Shown here: piece by piece, positions 53,190 through 62,534 of the stretch
Layout of the letters: every line of letters begins with the position of its first letter
How positions within the stretch are numbered: the first letter of the stretch is position 1
Source of the DNA: a virus
Taxonomy: Duplodnaviria; Caudoviricetes
Direction: 5' to 3' (one strand)
Virus record (IMG/VR): IMGVR_UViG_3300043093_000048
Span: 1-64,000 of that record
DNA: 64,000 bases
Notes under the pieces: generated by a model
What the model was told of the DNA's origin: nothing
The model's database searches: none
Seen by the model: the letters and a program-made list of their open reading frames with translations, nothing else
Position numbers and translations under genes: made by a program

Positions 53190-54284
53190 ATGATTGAAAA
53201 TATAGAAAAAATTCTAAATGCTAAGAAAATCCGTTATGAATATATGGATAATTTATTTAGAAAATATAAGAGTGTATTAGCTGAAGGTTCTGTAATAAAT
53301 ATATTTATAGACTTAGCTTCTACAATCAAACAATTATATAACCCTGAAAGCATTAAAGGACTTTCAGGTATTGTAAATAAAAAGGATAAATATGCAATAT
53401 CTTCTATATTATTGAATATGATTGGACATTATAGACATTACTTTGCAAGTAGACATAGATGTTATACTAATATAATATTCATGTATAATTCAAAGATTGA
53501 TAATCAGATTAAAGATATTAATCCAGATTATAAAAAGACTTATTATGAAAAAAGATTCTTACTAGATAATCCAGTATTTAGTGATTTAAATCTATTATTA
53601 AAGGATAATTATAAGATGATGAAAACAATTATTGAATATCTACCAAATGTTTCTTTTGCAGATAGTTCATATTGTGATTATCGTAGTATATTTCCTTTTA
53701 TGATTGAAAAAGAAGAATTTAAAAATAATCTAAATATTATATTAACTACAGATAAACAAATGTATCAGAATACTTTACTAGGAGAAACTATTATATTAGA
53801 ACCTAGAGGAGATAAATCTCGCATTATTACTTCTAATTATATTATTAAGATTTTATTAGGTAAAAGTAAAACTATTGAAAAACATCCTGATTATTTAACA
53901 ATTAATCCAGAAAATGTTATATTAATTGAAAGTCTTATATCCCATAAAGATTTAGATACAACTGGTATAAAGAACTTTAGTTATTTAAAAGCAGTAGCTT
54001 TTTTATGTAAAAATAATATTGATATTAATAAAATTATATTTAATATTGCTTCTATTAATGAATTATTTAAAGATATTTTAACTGAAGAAGAGTTAAATAA
54101 AGTTATTGAAAATTTTAAAATATATAATAACTTTTATTTAGCTTCAAAATATGAAAATGATTTAAATATTATGTATCCATCATTTATAAAGTCTATTAAT
54201 GATTATTCAGAATTAAAGAAAGTTAATGAAACTTTATATTCTAAAAATCCATTAACATTAGATTTCTTCTTTGATGGGGAATAA
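53190..54284 (+). CDS. Divergent 5'-3' exonuclease/flap endonuclease (T4 RNase H-like)
   Basis: IFIDL, IILTTDKQMYQ (cf. IxTxDKDxxQ), GIKNFSYLKA (H3TH-like); follows primase. Confidence 0.45.
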   Translation: MIENIEKILNAKKIRYEYMDNLFRKYKSVLAEGSVINIFIDLASTIKQLYNPESIKGLSGIVNKKDKYAISSILLNMIGHYRHYFASRHRCYTNIIFMYNSKIDNQIKDINPDYKKTYYEKRFLLDNPVFSDLNLLLKDNYKMMKTIIEYLPNVSFADSSYCDYRSIFPFMIEKEEFKNNLNIILTTDKQMYQNTLLGETIILEPRGDKSRIITSNYIIKILLGKSKTIEKHPDYLTINPENVILIESLISHKDLDTTGIKNFSYLKAVAFLCKNNIDINKIIFNIASINELFKDILTEEELNKVIENFKIYNNFYLASKYENDLNIMYPSFIKSINDYSELKKVNETLYSKNPLTLDFFFDGE

Positions 54285-54339
54285 AATTTTAAATTTTATA
54301 AATAATAATTAATTATTAATTTTCAAGGAGGAATCTATT

Positions 54340-54681
54340 ATGATTATTAAAAGTGGTAAATTGTATCGACATTTTAAAGGCGGTATTTATAAGGTAGTCT
54401 GTGTTGGATACCATTCAGAAACTAATGAAAAGATGGTAGTTTATAAGGATATTGAATCTAATAAAGTTTGTATTAGACCTTATGACATGTTTACTTCTGA
54501 TGTAGATAAGGAAAAGTATCCTAATGTAAAACAGAAGAAGAGATTTGAAAGAATCAAGAAAAGCCGTAAGCTAACAAAAAAATTCCGTGATCATTCTTGT
54601 TCTGATTTTGATATTTCGGAAAATTCTAATAAGAAATTTTATGAATCAGGAATTCAGGATGGTAAAAATCTCCTAAAGTGA
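54340..54681 (+). CDS. DUF1653 family protein
   Basis: YRHFKG..Y.V....HSET.E.MVVY......RPYDMF.S.VDKEKYP...Q..RF. Confidence 0.9.
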   Translation: MIIKSGKLYRHFKGGIYKVVCVGYHSETNEKMVVYKDIESNKVCIRPYDMFTSDVDKEKYPNVKQKKRFERIKKSRKLTKKFRDHSCSDFDISENSNKKFYESGIQDGKNLLK

Positions 54682-54792
54682 TTTAATAAAAATGACCCAT
54701 AAGAGTCAAGAACTCTTATGGGTTATATATATAAAAACATTCTTAGGAGGAATAACTTATATAAATTAATGTTATTATAAAGGAGAAATATT

Positions 54793-55077
54793 ATGATAAT
54801 TAAGTATAAAATGATTGATACTGATATAAAGGACATTGAAAAGGTTATGAGTTATATTAATACAGATATTGATAATCTTTATCTAGTTCAGGGAGTTAAA
54901 GATAAAAGCTTAGAAACATATAAGGTTTTCTTAAAAGAAAATGATCTTGAATATTGTAGAAATTTCTCTGGATATTCATTTGTAAAATATAAAGGAGATA
55001 GTTACTTAGTAAGTAAAGACTTCTTAAATGATTTTCAAATAATTGACAGATTACTTAAAAGAAACTATGTGGGGTGA
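54793..55077 (+). CDS. Hypothetical protein
   Basis: ORF with AAGGAG RBS overlapping nrdG start. Confidence 0.55.
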   Translation: MIIKYKMIDTDIKDIEKVMSYINTDIDNLYLVQGVKDKSLETYKVFLKENDLEYCRNFSGYSFVKYKGDSYLVSKDFLNDFQIIDRLLKRNYVG

Positions 55078-55592
55078 GAAACATGAACTATTCTAAAATT
55101 TATTATACAGATGTTATTAATGGAGATGGACTAAGAGTATCTCTATTCGTTAGTGGATGTACAATTCATTGTAAAGGTTGTTTTAATGAAGATGCTTGGG
55201 AGTTTAATTCTGGAAGAGTCTTTACAGATTTTGAAAAAGATTTAATTTTGGACCAAGTATTTAATACTAAAATTTATTACAGTGGAATTTCATTACTTGG
55301 TGGAGAACCATTAGATAATATTATAGGTTTATTACCATTAATGGAAGAATTTAGATTAAGAAATTTAACTGACAATAAGAATGTATGGATTTGGACTGGC
55401 TATACTTTAGAACAGATTGAAGAGAATCCTAATATGAAAAATTTCTTATTAAAATATTGTAATAAAGCAGTTATTGGACCTTTTATTGAAGAACAAAAGG
55501 ATTTAAACCTAAAATTTAGAGGTAGTAAAAATCAAAAAGTTTATACTATTGATAAAGAAAATAAAACATTTTTAGCTGATAACAATTATTAA
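55074..55592 (+). CDS. nrdG: Anaerobic RNR activating radical-SAM enzyme
   Basis: DVINGDGLRVSLFVSGCTIHCKGCFN, LGGEP, WTGY, FRGSKNQ. Confidence 0.95.
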   Translation: MRNMNYSKIYYTDVINGDGLRVSLFVSGCTIHCKGCFNEDAWEFNSGRVFTDFEKDLILDQVFNTKIYYSGISLLGGEPLDNIIGLLPLMEEFRLRNLTDNKNVWIWTGYTLEQIEENPNMKNFLLKYCNKAVIGPFIEEQKDLNLKFRGSKNQKVYTIDKENKTFLADNNY

Positions 55593-55645
55593 ATTTATAT
55601 TATATCAATGTATAAAAATAAATTATTTTGGAGGAATTTTATATA

Positions 55646-56203
55646 ATGAGTAATATTATGAGAGATATTTATGTGACACACGGTGATAAGACAATTAAAT
55701 TTGGTACATATCTTTTCAAAAGTGAAAGTTATGATGAAAATGTTAATAAGCTACTTTTAAGTAATCAGCTTTCTGTTGAAGGCTTTTTAAAATATATAGA
55801 GAATGAAGAAACTCAGAAGATTATTAAAACTAAAGTAGATCAAACTGGTAATTCAGCTTTATATGATAAATTAAAAGATGAAATTAAAACTAAAGTTATT
55901 AATTATTTTCATAAATATAGAAATAGAATCTTTAAAGAAAGTTATAGATACCAAAAAGTAAGATTTGAAAGAAATTTTCCTTTTGAGAAATATACTTACT
56001 ATATTGATTATTGTCGTTATTATACTGAAAGATCTCTTCCAGAAAACTTTAAGATTTTAATTCCTGCTAATAGTTTTTATTACCTTAAAGTCACTGATGG
56101 AATTGTTAATAAAGTAATTCGTAAATATTCAAGTGATAGAAATAATTATAGAGAATATACTCCTCTAAGTGACAATCTTGAATATTTTAAAGTTGCTTAT
56201 TAA
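55646..56203 (+). CDS. Hypothetical protein
   Basis: ATG 55646 with GGAGG RBS; TATATTAT upstream. Confidence 0.55.
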   Translation: MSNIMRDIYVTHGDKTIKFGTYLFKSESYDENVNKLLLSNQLSVEGFLKYIENEETQKIIKTKVDQTGNSALYDKLKDEIKTKVINYFHKYRNRIFKESYRYQKVRFERNFPFEKYTYYIDYCRYYTERSLPENFKILIPANSFYYLKVTDGIVNKVIRKYSSDRNNYREYTPLSDNLEYFKVAY

Positions 56204-56209
56204 TTTAAA

Positions 56210-56254
56210 TAAAGAGAATAGCTAAATAAATAGCTATTCTCTTTATTTTTTTTT
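56210..56254. terminator. Probable bidirectional terminator
   Basis: AAAGAGAATAGCTA...TAGCTATTCTCTTT plus T tract. Confidence 0.7.
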
Positions 56255-56877
56255 TAGGCTTTAATAATAGATTCATCAAATTCATTATTATTCATATCTA
56301 TTAATTTATTATAATTCTCTTTAATATCTTCTGAAATATAACCTTCATATTTATTTACAAAAGCATTTATATCTCCAAATATACTTTCTAATTTAATAAA
56401 TATTTTTCCAGCATGAACTAATTCATGAGCAGTCTTTGATAATTTTACTAGACCAACTTGATTTAATTCATGAAGCTTTAATACTTCATAAGCAATATCT
56501 AAAGAAGTAAAATTTTCATTATTCATTAATCTTTTATTAATACAAATTTCTACAATATCATAAAGAGTAAAAGGATAATGATGAAATTCAAATGTAACTC
56601 CATCAATACTATCTGAAAGATTTCCAAATATAGCACAATTATGTATACCTATTTCATTATTTAAATGACCTATATAGGTTTTATATTCATTAGACATTCT
56701 TATTTGTCTTTCAATATTCTTTATAAACATTTTCATTTCTTTACTATCAGACCATTGATTAAAATAAAAACTTCCAATAATATTTTTACTATCACCTTTT
56801 CTGGCAATTACTACATCATTATCTTTATTCATAGAAATTATATTATTAACCTCATTAGGTTTATTAATCTGTTTCAT
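56254..56877 (-). CDS. Hypothetical protein with HNH-like His pattern
   Basis: C.....FEFHHYP....LVKLSKTAHELVH; ATG 56877 with AAGGAG RBS. Confidence 0.45.
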   Translation of the reverse strand: MKQINKPNEVNNIISMNKDNDVVIARKGDSKNIIGSFYFNQWSDSKEMKMFIKNIERQIRMSNEYKTYIGHLNNEIGIHNCAIFGNLSDSIDGVTFEFHHYPFTLYDIVEICINKRLMNNENFTSLDIAYEVLKLHELNQVGLVKLSKTAHELVHAGKIFIKLESIFGDINAFVNKYEGYISEDIKENYNKLIDMNNNEFDESIIKA

Positions 56878-56937
56878 TTTGTATGCTCCTTTATATAAAA
56901 TTAAGAGAATGACTAATAATTTAGTCATTCTCCTTTT

Positions 56938-57247
56938 TTAGAATCTATACTTAAAATAATTATCCATATTACTAACCACAGAATTCTTTAAGAATAATTT
57001 AAGAGTTTCATTACCTTCTTTAATTGAAAGTAATTTATTAGCTCTATCTACTTCTACATTTGAATAATCTTCATTAATATTAAAATTAAGAGATTCACAA
57101 ATAGCATTAATTCTTCTATCTTCCTTAGTTACATATTCTGCTAAATCAGCCATATTAAAATTAATAAGACCTTCATTAAGCACATTATTATCATATGACT
57201 CAGAAATAGTTCTAGTCATATAAGCTTTATCATGTGATGGAATAGTT
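56938..57247 (-). CDS. Prohead protease, exon 2
   Basis: A ACT ATT CCA TCA CAT completes DWV-TIPSHDKAY; tail rich in I/L-x-E sites. Confidence 0.85.
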
Positions 57248-57596
57248 CATTACCATCATTATTCTTCACATAAGTTCGTTAATCTTATGCAGTTCTCTTA
57301 TGAACTTCTCTAGTTTTATTTATATCTAGAGTTGAGACTATATCTTCATAGAAAATATTTCTATGCTCCCCATTTCGATTTAATCAGGAATTACTGAATT
57401 ATTACTTCATACCTGAACCACTTGGCTCTACTCTACTCTCTTCTTCAATTATTCTTTAAGAATAATTTATGATTTCGATAGTCGTTGAACGTTACAAAAA
57501 AAAACTTCTTATAAAAAGAAGCTTTTTTGTCTTCGCTGCTGATTATCCTTATATAAAGGAGTTTCCAGCAATTAAAGGAGTTTATACTGAGCAACA

Positions 57597-58715
57597 TTAT
57601 TCTTCGATTATTTCATAATTTTCATTTAAATATTTGTCTAAATTTTTAATATAATCTTCATCGTAGGAAAGTCTTAAAAGATCTTTATTATTTTCTTTAC
57701 ACCAATCATTTTTCATTTTATCATGTTTTTGAGTTAAAGATAATTTATTTTCATCTTTATACCAACCAGCTTCAAAATGTTGTTTTCCATCATATTCAAT
57801 AAGTAAATCATATTCAGTTAAGTAAAAATCAAATCTTAATAAATATTTATCTTTACAAGTAGAAAAAGTTTTTTCTTGAATATAATTTATATAATTATTT
57901 TCTAAATATTCTTTTATTTCCTTAACCGCTTTAGATTCTGAATTATGTAAATTACAACAAGGACATCTATTTCCTCCTAAGAAGTGAGTTGGTGTCATTT
58001 CAAATATATAATGATTACAATTATTACTATTATGTTGAAATTTTATTTTAGAGCTATTATTAATATAATCACTTATTACTATATATTCATCTTTAACTAA
58101 ATCATATACTTCTTTTTTAAACTTTTCAGTAGTTTTTAAGTGTGTTCCAAAACAATAAGGACATCTTCTACCACTTGAAAATGATTTTGGCTCTACATAA
58201 TAAATATTATTACATTTTTTATGACGTAATTTTACTTTAGTCTTACAATTAATATAATTACTTAATAATTCATAATCATCACCAATTTCTTTACTAAATG
58301 AATCAGTAGTTTTCTTTTTAAGCTTAGAACAATTAGGACATCTATGATTTTGATGTAAAAATTTAAAAGGTTTCATTTCAAATTCAGTATTACATTTATT
58401 ATGTTTCATTTTAATTTTATCATTAGTTGTTTTATATTCACCTAATACTTCATATTCATTTCCTACTAAATTATATATTTCTTTTTTAAATCCTTCAGTA
58501 GTTTTCTTAGGTGTTCCAAAACAATAAGGACATCTTCTACCTCTTAAAAAATCATTAGGTCTAGTTTCAAATTCAGTATTACATTTATTATGTTTCATTT
58601 TAATCTTAATTTTATTACTAACATATTCACCTAATACTTCATATTCATTTCCTACTAAATTATATATTTCTTTTACAAATTCTTTTTGTGTTTTTCTTTG
58701 TTGACAATAAGCCAT
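57597..58715 (-). CDS. Intron-encoded zinc-ribbon/EDxHD homing endonuclease
   Basis: Four H..C...RCPxC repeats; FDFYL...LIEYDGKQHF...HDKMKNDWC. Confidence 0.85.
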   Translation of the reverse strand: MAYCQQRKTQKEFVKEIYNLVGNEYEVLGEYVSNKIKIKMKHNKCNTEFETRPNDFLRGRRCPYCFGTPKKTTEGFKKEIYNLVGNEYEVLGEYKTTNDKIKMKHNKCNTEFEMKPFKFLHQNHRCPNCSKLKKKTTDSFSKEIGDDYELLSNYINCKTKVKLRHKKCNNIYYVEPKSFSSGRRCPYCFGTHLKTTEKFKKEVYDLVKDEYIVISDYINNSSKIKFQHNSNNCNHYIFEMTPTHFLGGNRCPCCNLHNSESKAVKEIKEYLENNYINYIQEKTFSTCKDKYLLRFDFYLTEYDLLIEYDGKQHFEAGWYKDENKLSLTQKHDKMKNDWCKENNKDLLRLSYDEDYIKNLDKYLNENYEIIEE

Positions 58716-58738
58716 ATTAAACACTTCCTTTCACGAAT

Positions 58739-58746
58739 ATAATATA
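58739..58746 (-). promoter_or_regulatory. TATATTAT early-type motif inside the protease intron, upstream of the endonuclease
   Basis: CGTATATATTATATTCG about 25 nt before the ATG. Confidence 0.45.
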
Positions 58747-58799
58747 TACGTAAAAGTTTAAACTAAAATTATTTTTTTAACCATCGATAATAACTTCAT

Positions 58800-59290
58800 A
58801 CCCAGTCATATGCCACAATCATTAATGGTCCATATACACGGTTATATTGTCCTTCTTGCTTAATAACATTTCCAAGTGCTCTCATAGAAAATGAAACACG
58901 AGAGCCTTGTCTAATCAATCCTCTCATGTCATAGCCTGTAGCTGTTTGTGCAGTTTCTACAATACCTTTTAAGAGGTTTCCTTCCCAACTAAGAGAAGTT
59001 ACAATATGACTAATATTTGTTTGATCTATATAAGACTGGCGGTGAATATCACTACTGAGCGGATGCCCTGCTTCGCCGAAAAAACATTTATTAGCAATTT
59101 TTTCTTTTACAGTTGGATTATTTAAAGCATCAGATAAAACATCTTTACCATAAATACGTTTATTTCTATTTGGAGCATCAGCTTCTTGAAGTATTGCTTC
59201 AAATGTAATTGATTTATTATCATCTGCTAAAATAGAAGGTGTAGAAGAATTAAATTCTTCACAAACAATAAATCCTTCACTATTATTCAT
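58800..59290 (-). CDS. Prohead core protease (T4 gp21-like), exon 1; spliced product 266 aa
   Basis: LQEAD..NRNKRIY, GEAGHP (His), SHI, SFSMRALG (Ser), AYDWV (Asp). Confidence 0.9.
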
Positions 59291-59319
59291 TATTTATCAA
59301 TCCTTTCATTAATAAAATA

Positions 59320-59331
59320 TAATACACTGTT
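59320..59331 (-). promoter_or_regulatory. AACA-N6-TA promoter motif (prohead protease)
   Basis: AACAGTGTATTA. Confidence 0.6.
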
Positions 59332-59421
59332 TCTTTATATAATATTTTAATGCAAAAAAAAAATAAAGTCATAAGGAAGAGATTTACTCTTCCTTATGAC
59401 CATTTAAATTAAATATGATTA

Positions 59422-60195
59422 TTATAATAAATTACAAACACTAAGAACTTCTGTTTTATTAGGATAATAACAATTTTTAATTCTTTCAAAGAATTTAATA
59501 ATATTATAATCCTTATCATCTAATATTACAGCATTACCACTATCTTTTTCAATAAAATTGAATTGATATGTATTATTATTAGAATCATATGAAATAGATA
59601 AATTAGTATAAAATGTTAATGTTGTTTGACCTAAACCATCTGGTCTAATAATATCATCTGGTGTTAATGGTCTATTTTTTAAATCTTTTTTCTTAATATC
59701 AGAATATTCTTTACTGTAAACAGGAGCAGGAACTAATAAATCAAAATGATAATTATATACTAAATCAAGTATACCATTATTCATATCTAATTTAGAACGA
59801 TTATAACTACCTCCAATAATTTTTCCAATAAACTGTTCCTTAGTTGAAAAAGCATATTTACCAAAATAAACTTGTCTAATATTAAGATCAAAAACTGCTA
59901 GTTTTAAAGCAATTTCATTAATAGTTTTTTGTACTTCAATAGGATTGGTATTAATTTTTTCTTTTTCAAAAATATTAATAATCATCTTTTTATAATTACT
60001 ATAATTACTAATTTCTGGATTCTTAATAGAAGCATGATAAAACATTTTTCCATTAAAATTCTTTAAATCAAGATTAATACTTTCTTCTAGTTTTTCTTTA
60101 TTATTTAAAGCTTTAGAAGAATCTTTTAAGTAATTTTCATATTCCTTAAAAAGTAAAAAACCATCCGTACAAATTGAATTTCTTGTCATTGACAT
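59422..60195 (-). CDS. Hypothetical protein
   Basis: ORF with AAGGAG RBS; TATATTAT upstream. Confidence 0.55.
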   Translation of the reverse strand: MSMTRNSICTDGFLLFKEYENYLKDSSKALNNKEKLEESINLDLKNFNGKMFYHASIKNPEISNYSNYKKMIINIFEKEKINTNPIEVQKTINEIALKLAVFDLNIRQVYFGKYAFSTKEQFIGKIIGGSYNRSKLDMNNGILDLVYNYHFDLLVPAPVYSKEYSDIKKKDLKNRPLTPDDIIRPDGLGQTTLTFYTNLSISYDSNNNTYQFNFIEKDSGNAVILDDKDYNIIKFFERIKNCYYPNKTEVLSVCNLL

Positions 60196-60302
60196 AAAAA
60201 TAATCTCCTTTATAATAAAAATAATTTGATAAATTTAATAAATATTTATCACAACTATAATATATACTTAAAAACTTTTTATTATAAGAAATAATAAAAG
60301 AG

Positions 60303-61229
60303 GTGATAACTTTGGATTATAAAACATTTTTAAATGAATCATGTAAAGATATTCAAACAGCAAGAAAATTTGTTTCTGAAGTTGGAAAATTAGCTAAAAA
60401 ATATGATGCTAATTATTTTATAGTAACTGATGGAGCTTCTGGAATTAATAATAGTGGAAATCCAGCTGTTAAAAATGCTAGAGAATGTCATATAAAATGG
60501 GAAAAAGAAAATGGTGGAGATCCTTATGAAGATTGGGGAAAAAATGAATCATATGATGAATTATATAATGAAACATTAGAAACTTCTGTAACAAGACCTT
60601 TTCTTTCTAAAGATGTAACACTTTATCATGGTTCTAAGATAAAATATAAAAATGACGTAATAGATCCTAGATTTGGTGCTATTAATATTGGCACTAAATT
60701 ATCGAGTCCTAGATATTCTTCTTGGTGGACGACAGATAAAATTTTCCCATTATTCAGTTCAGCACAAACAGTATTAAGAAAATTATTATGTAAATATATA
60801 GATAATAAAGAAGATTTTGAAAAAGCTTATGTTCTTGATTTTAAAAATAGAAAATTTTATATTAATCAAAAATATAAAGATTTAATTGATTGGAATTTTT
60901 CTAGTGAAAATTATCTATATCAAGTTACTGTTCCAAGAAGAATTGTTGGAAGAGGACATAATATAGAAATTGATGAATATACTTTAGATCAGCCAATTAA
61001 AGCTGATAAAGTTAAATTAATTAAATTAAAAGATTTAAAACCTTTTATAGAATTTAAAGATGAATCTTTTATTATATTAAAAATTAAAGAATTTGAAAGT
61101 AGTCATGCTACTTATAAGCCAACAGTTATGGATAAAATGATTTATTATAGTAATGATGAAATGAGAAAAATTAGAAAAGATTATAGAAAGAAATTTGGTT
61201 ATTTAACTGATGGAGAATTTAAATATTAA
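60303..61229 (+). CDS. Putative head-packaged protein with ADP-ribosyltransferase-like motifs
   Basis: FLNE-S and LYNE-T sites; TLYHGS...SWWTTD...YLYQV...DEY pattern; likely start TTG 60312. Confidence 0.4.
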   Translation: MITLDYKTFLNESCKDIQTARKFVSEVGKLAKKYDANYFIVTDGASGINNSGNPAVKNARECHIKWEKENGGDPYEDWGKNESYDELYNETLETSVTRPFLSKDVTLYHGSKIKYKNDVIDPRFGAINIGTKLSSPRYSSWWTTDKIFPLFSSAQTVLRKLLCKYIDNKEDFEKAYVLDFKNRKFYINQKYKDLIDWNFSSENYLYQVTVPRRIVGRGHNIEIDEYTLDQPIKADKVKLIKLKDLKPFIEFKDESFIILKIKEFESSHATYKPTVMDKMIYYSNDEMRKIRKDYRKKFGYLTDGEFKY

Positions 61230-61285
61230 AAAAATCGTATATAGGATATACCTATATACGATTTATATTTTATTTTAAAATAAAC

Positions 61286-61939
61286 TTAGATATCATAACC
61301 GTTATCTAAATAAGCCATATAATAGCCTTCTAAATAAGCTTCAGTTTCATCGTCATCATCATAATAATCATCTTCATAATCATAATCATCATAATCTTCA
61401 TCATAATAATCATAATCATCATAATCTTCATCATAATAATCATAATCATCATAACCCATATCTTCTAAAGCTGCATAGAAACCTTCAAGATAAGCTTCTT
61501 TAAGTGCTGGTTCTTTACTTGATACTTCCTTAAATTTTGCACAATTCTTTCTATAAGATGAACCACTTATTTTATTAGCTCCAATAGTTCCACCTGCAGC
61601 AACAGCACCAGTAACAGCAGCACCAGCAGCAGCAACAGCTAATTTATTATATTTTTTAGCTAAAGCTGCATACTTTGCTTTTTCTTCCTTATTCTTTGTC
61701 TGTTCTGCTAATTTCTTATACTTATTTGCCTGTTGTTTAAGCATAGCTGCACTTGTTGCACCTGCAGTTGCAGCAGTAACTCCGCTACCTACAGTAATTT
61801 TTCCTGCTTTACTACCAGTAGCTTTCCACACTGCTTTAGCTCTATTTTTTTTCTTTGCAATTTTGCCACCTTCAATTGCCACCTCATCATAAGTTGGTTG
61901 ATCTGCGGCTTCAGCTAAAACCATATCTAAATAATTCAT
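61286..61939 (-). CDS. YLEGYY-tag family protein (C-terminal tag), Gly/Ala helical-hairpin core
   Basis: VLAE-A leader; YKKLA...KN..EKAKY..L.KKY core; AYLEGFYAALE, DYDYYDED repeats, AYLEGYY. Confidence 0.65.
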   Translation of the reverse strand: MNYLDMVLAEAADQPTYDEVAIEGGKIAKKKNRAKAVWKATGSKAGKITVGSGVTAATAGATSAAMLKQQANKYKKLAEQTKNKEEKAKYAALAKKYNKLAVAAAGAAVTGAVAAGGTIGANKISGSSYRKNCAKFKEVSSKEPALKEAYLEGFYAALEDMGYDDYDYYDEDYDDYDYYDEDYDDYDYEDDYYDDDDETEAYLEGYYMAYLDNGYDI

Positions 61940-61983
61940 ATTATTACCTACTTTCTTTTTAAATTAAAATTAATAAATATTTG

Positions 61984-62511
61984 TTAATATTCTAAATATT
62001 CTATTTCTTCAAGAGCATCATAATATCCTTCTAAAAAATCTTCTGTAAGCTTAGTTTTAGCAGCAGAAGGACAATTTTTTTTAGCAATTTTAGCTTGTTT
62101 AATAGCTCTATTATTAATTCTTTTAGCATCGATATAAGGTGTATATTCTGTTGATGCTCTAGCTGCTGTAATTGCTCCAGCACCTAATGCTAAATGCTTA
62201 TATTTTTTTGCCATAGCTTCATACTTTTTTCTTTCATTTTCATTTTTTGCTTGTTTTGCTAATTTCTTATATTCTCTATATTTTACAGCTGCTAAAGCAG
62301 TGGCTGTTCCACTAATAGCAGATTTATTAGCAACTCTAGAAAGTCTTCTGGCTCTATCGTTATTAAAAGTTTCTTTATTTATTTCATTAGAGAATTTTGC
62401 CACTTTTCCTAAAGCAATTTTTTGTTCATATTTTTTCTTAATTGGATCATTCGTTTTAAGAGCATAATTTTTTGAACTTTCATTTAAATTATATAATTCT
62501 AAATAATTCAT
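61984..62511 (-). CDS. YLEGYY-tag family protein, paralog
   Basis: NLNE-S leader; same core; ends DFLEGYYDALEEIEYLEY. Confidence 0.65.
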   Translation of the reverse strand: MNYLELYNLNESSKNYALKTNDPIKKKYEQKIALGKVAKFSNEINKETFNNDRARRLSRVANKSAISGTATALAAVKYREYKKLAKQAKNENERKKYEAMAKKYKHLALGAGAITAARASTEYTPYIDAKRINNRAIKQAKIAKKNCPSAAKTKLTEDFLEGYYDALEEIEYLEY

Positions 62512-62534
62512 ATTAATCACTACCTTCTTTTTTA

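Larger units (their letters stand above)
57248..58799 (-). mobile_element. Group I intron in prohead protease gene (1552 nt) with endonuclease ORF in loop L1
   Basis: 5' exon ACUGGGU pairs with GCUCAGU just after the ORF stop; P AAUUGCUGGAAA, Q AAUCAGCAG, R UUCAACGACUA, S AAGAUAUAGUC; terminal G at 57248. Confidence 0.9.

Noticed and set aside
56938-57219. Independent 93-aa gene
   Set aside because: It is exon 2 of the prohead protease
61350-61460. ATCATA-rich repeats as a non-coding array
   Set aside because: They encode the Asp/Tyr/Glu tail of 61286-61939
623-61918. Short antisense or alternate-frame ORFs in the track (e.g. 623, 3381, 5599, 9948, 11404, 12504, 37851, 40465, 44795, 48055, 56665, 61733)
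   Set aside because: Embedded within well-supported genes, with the I/F/L-biased composition typical of AT-rich shadow frames
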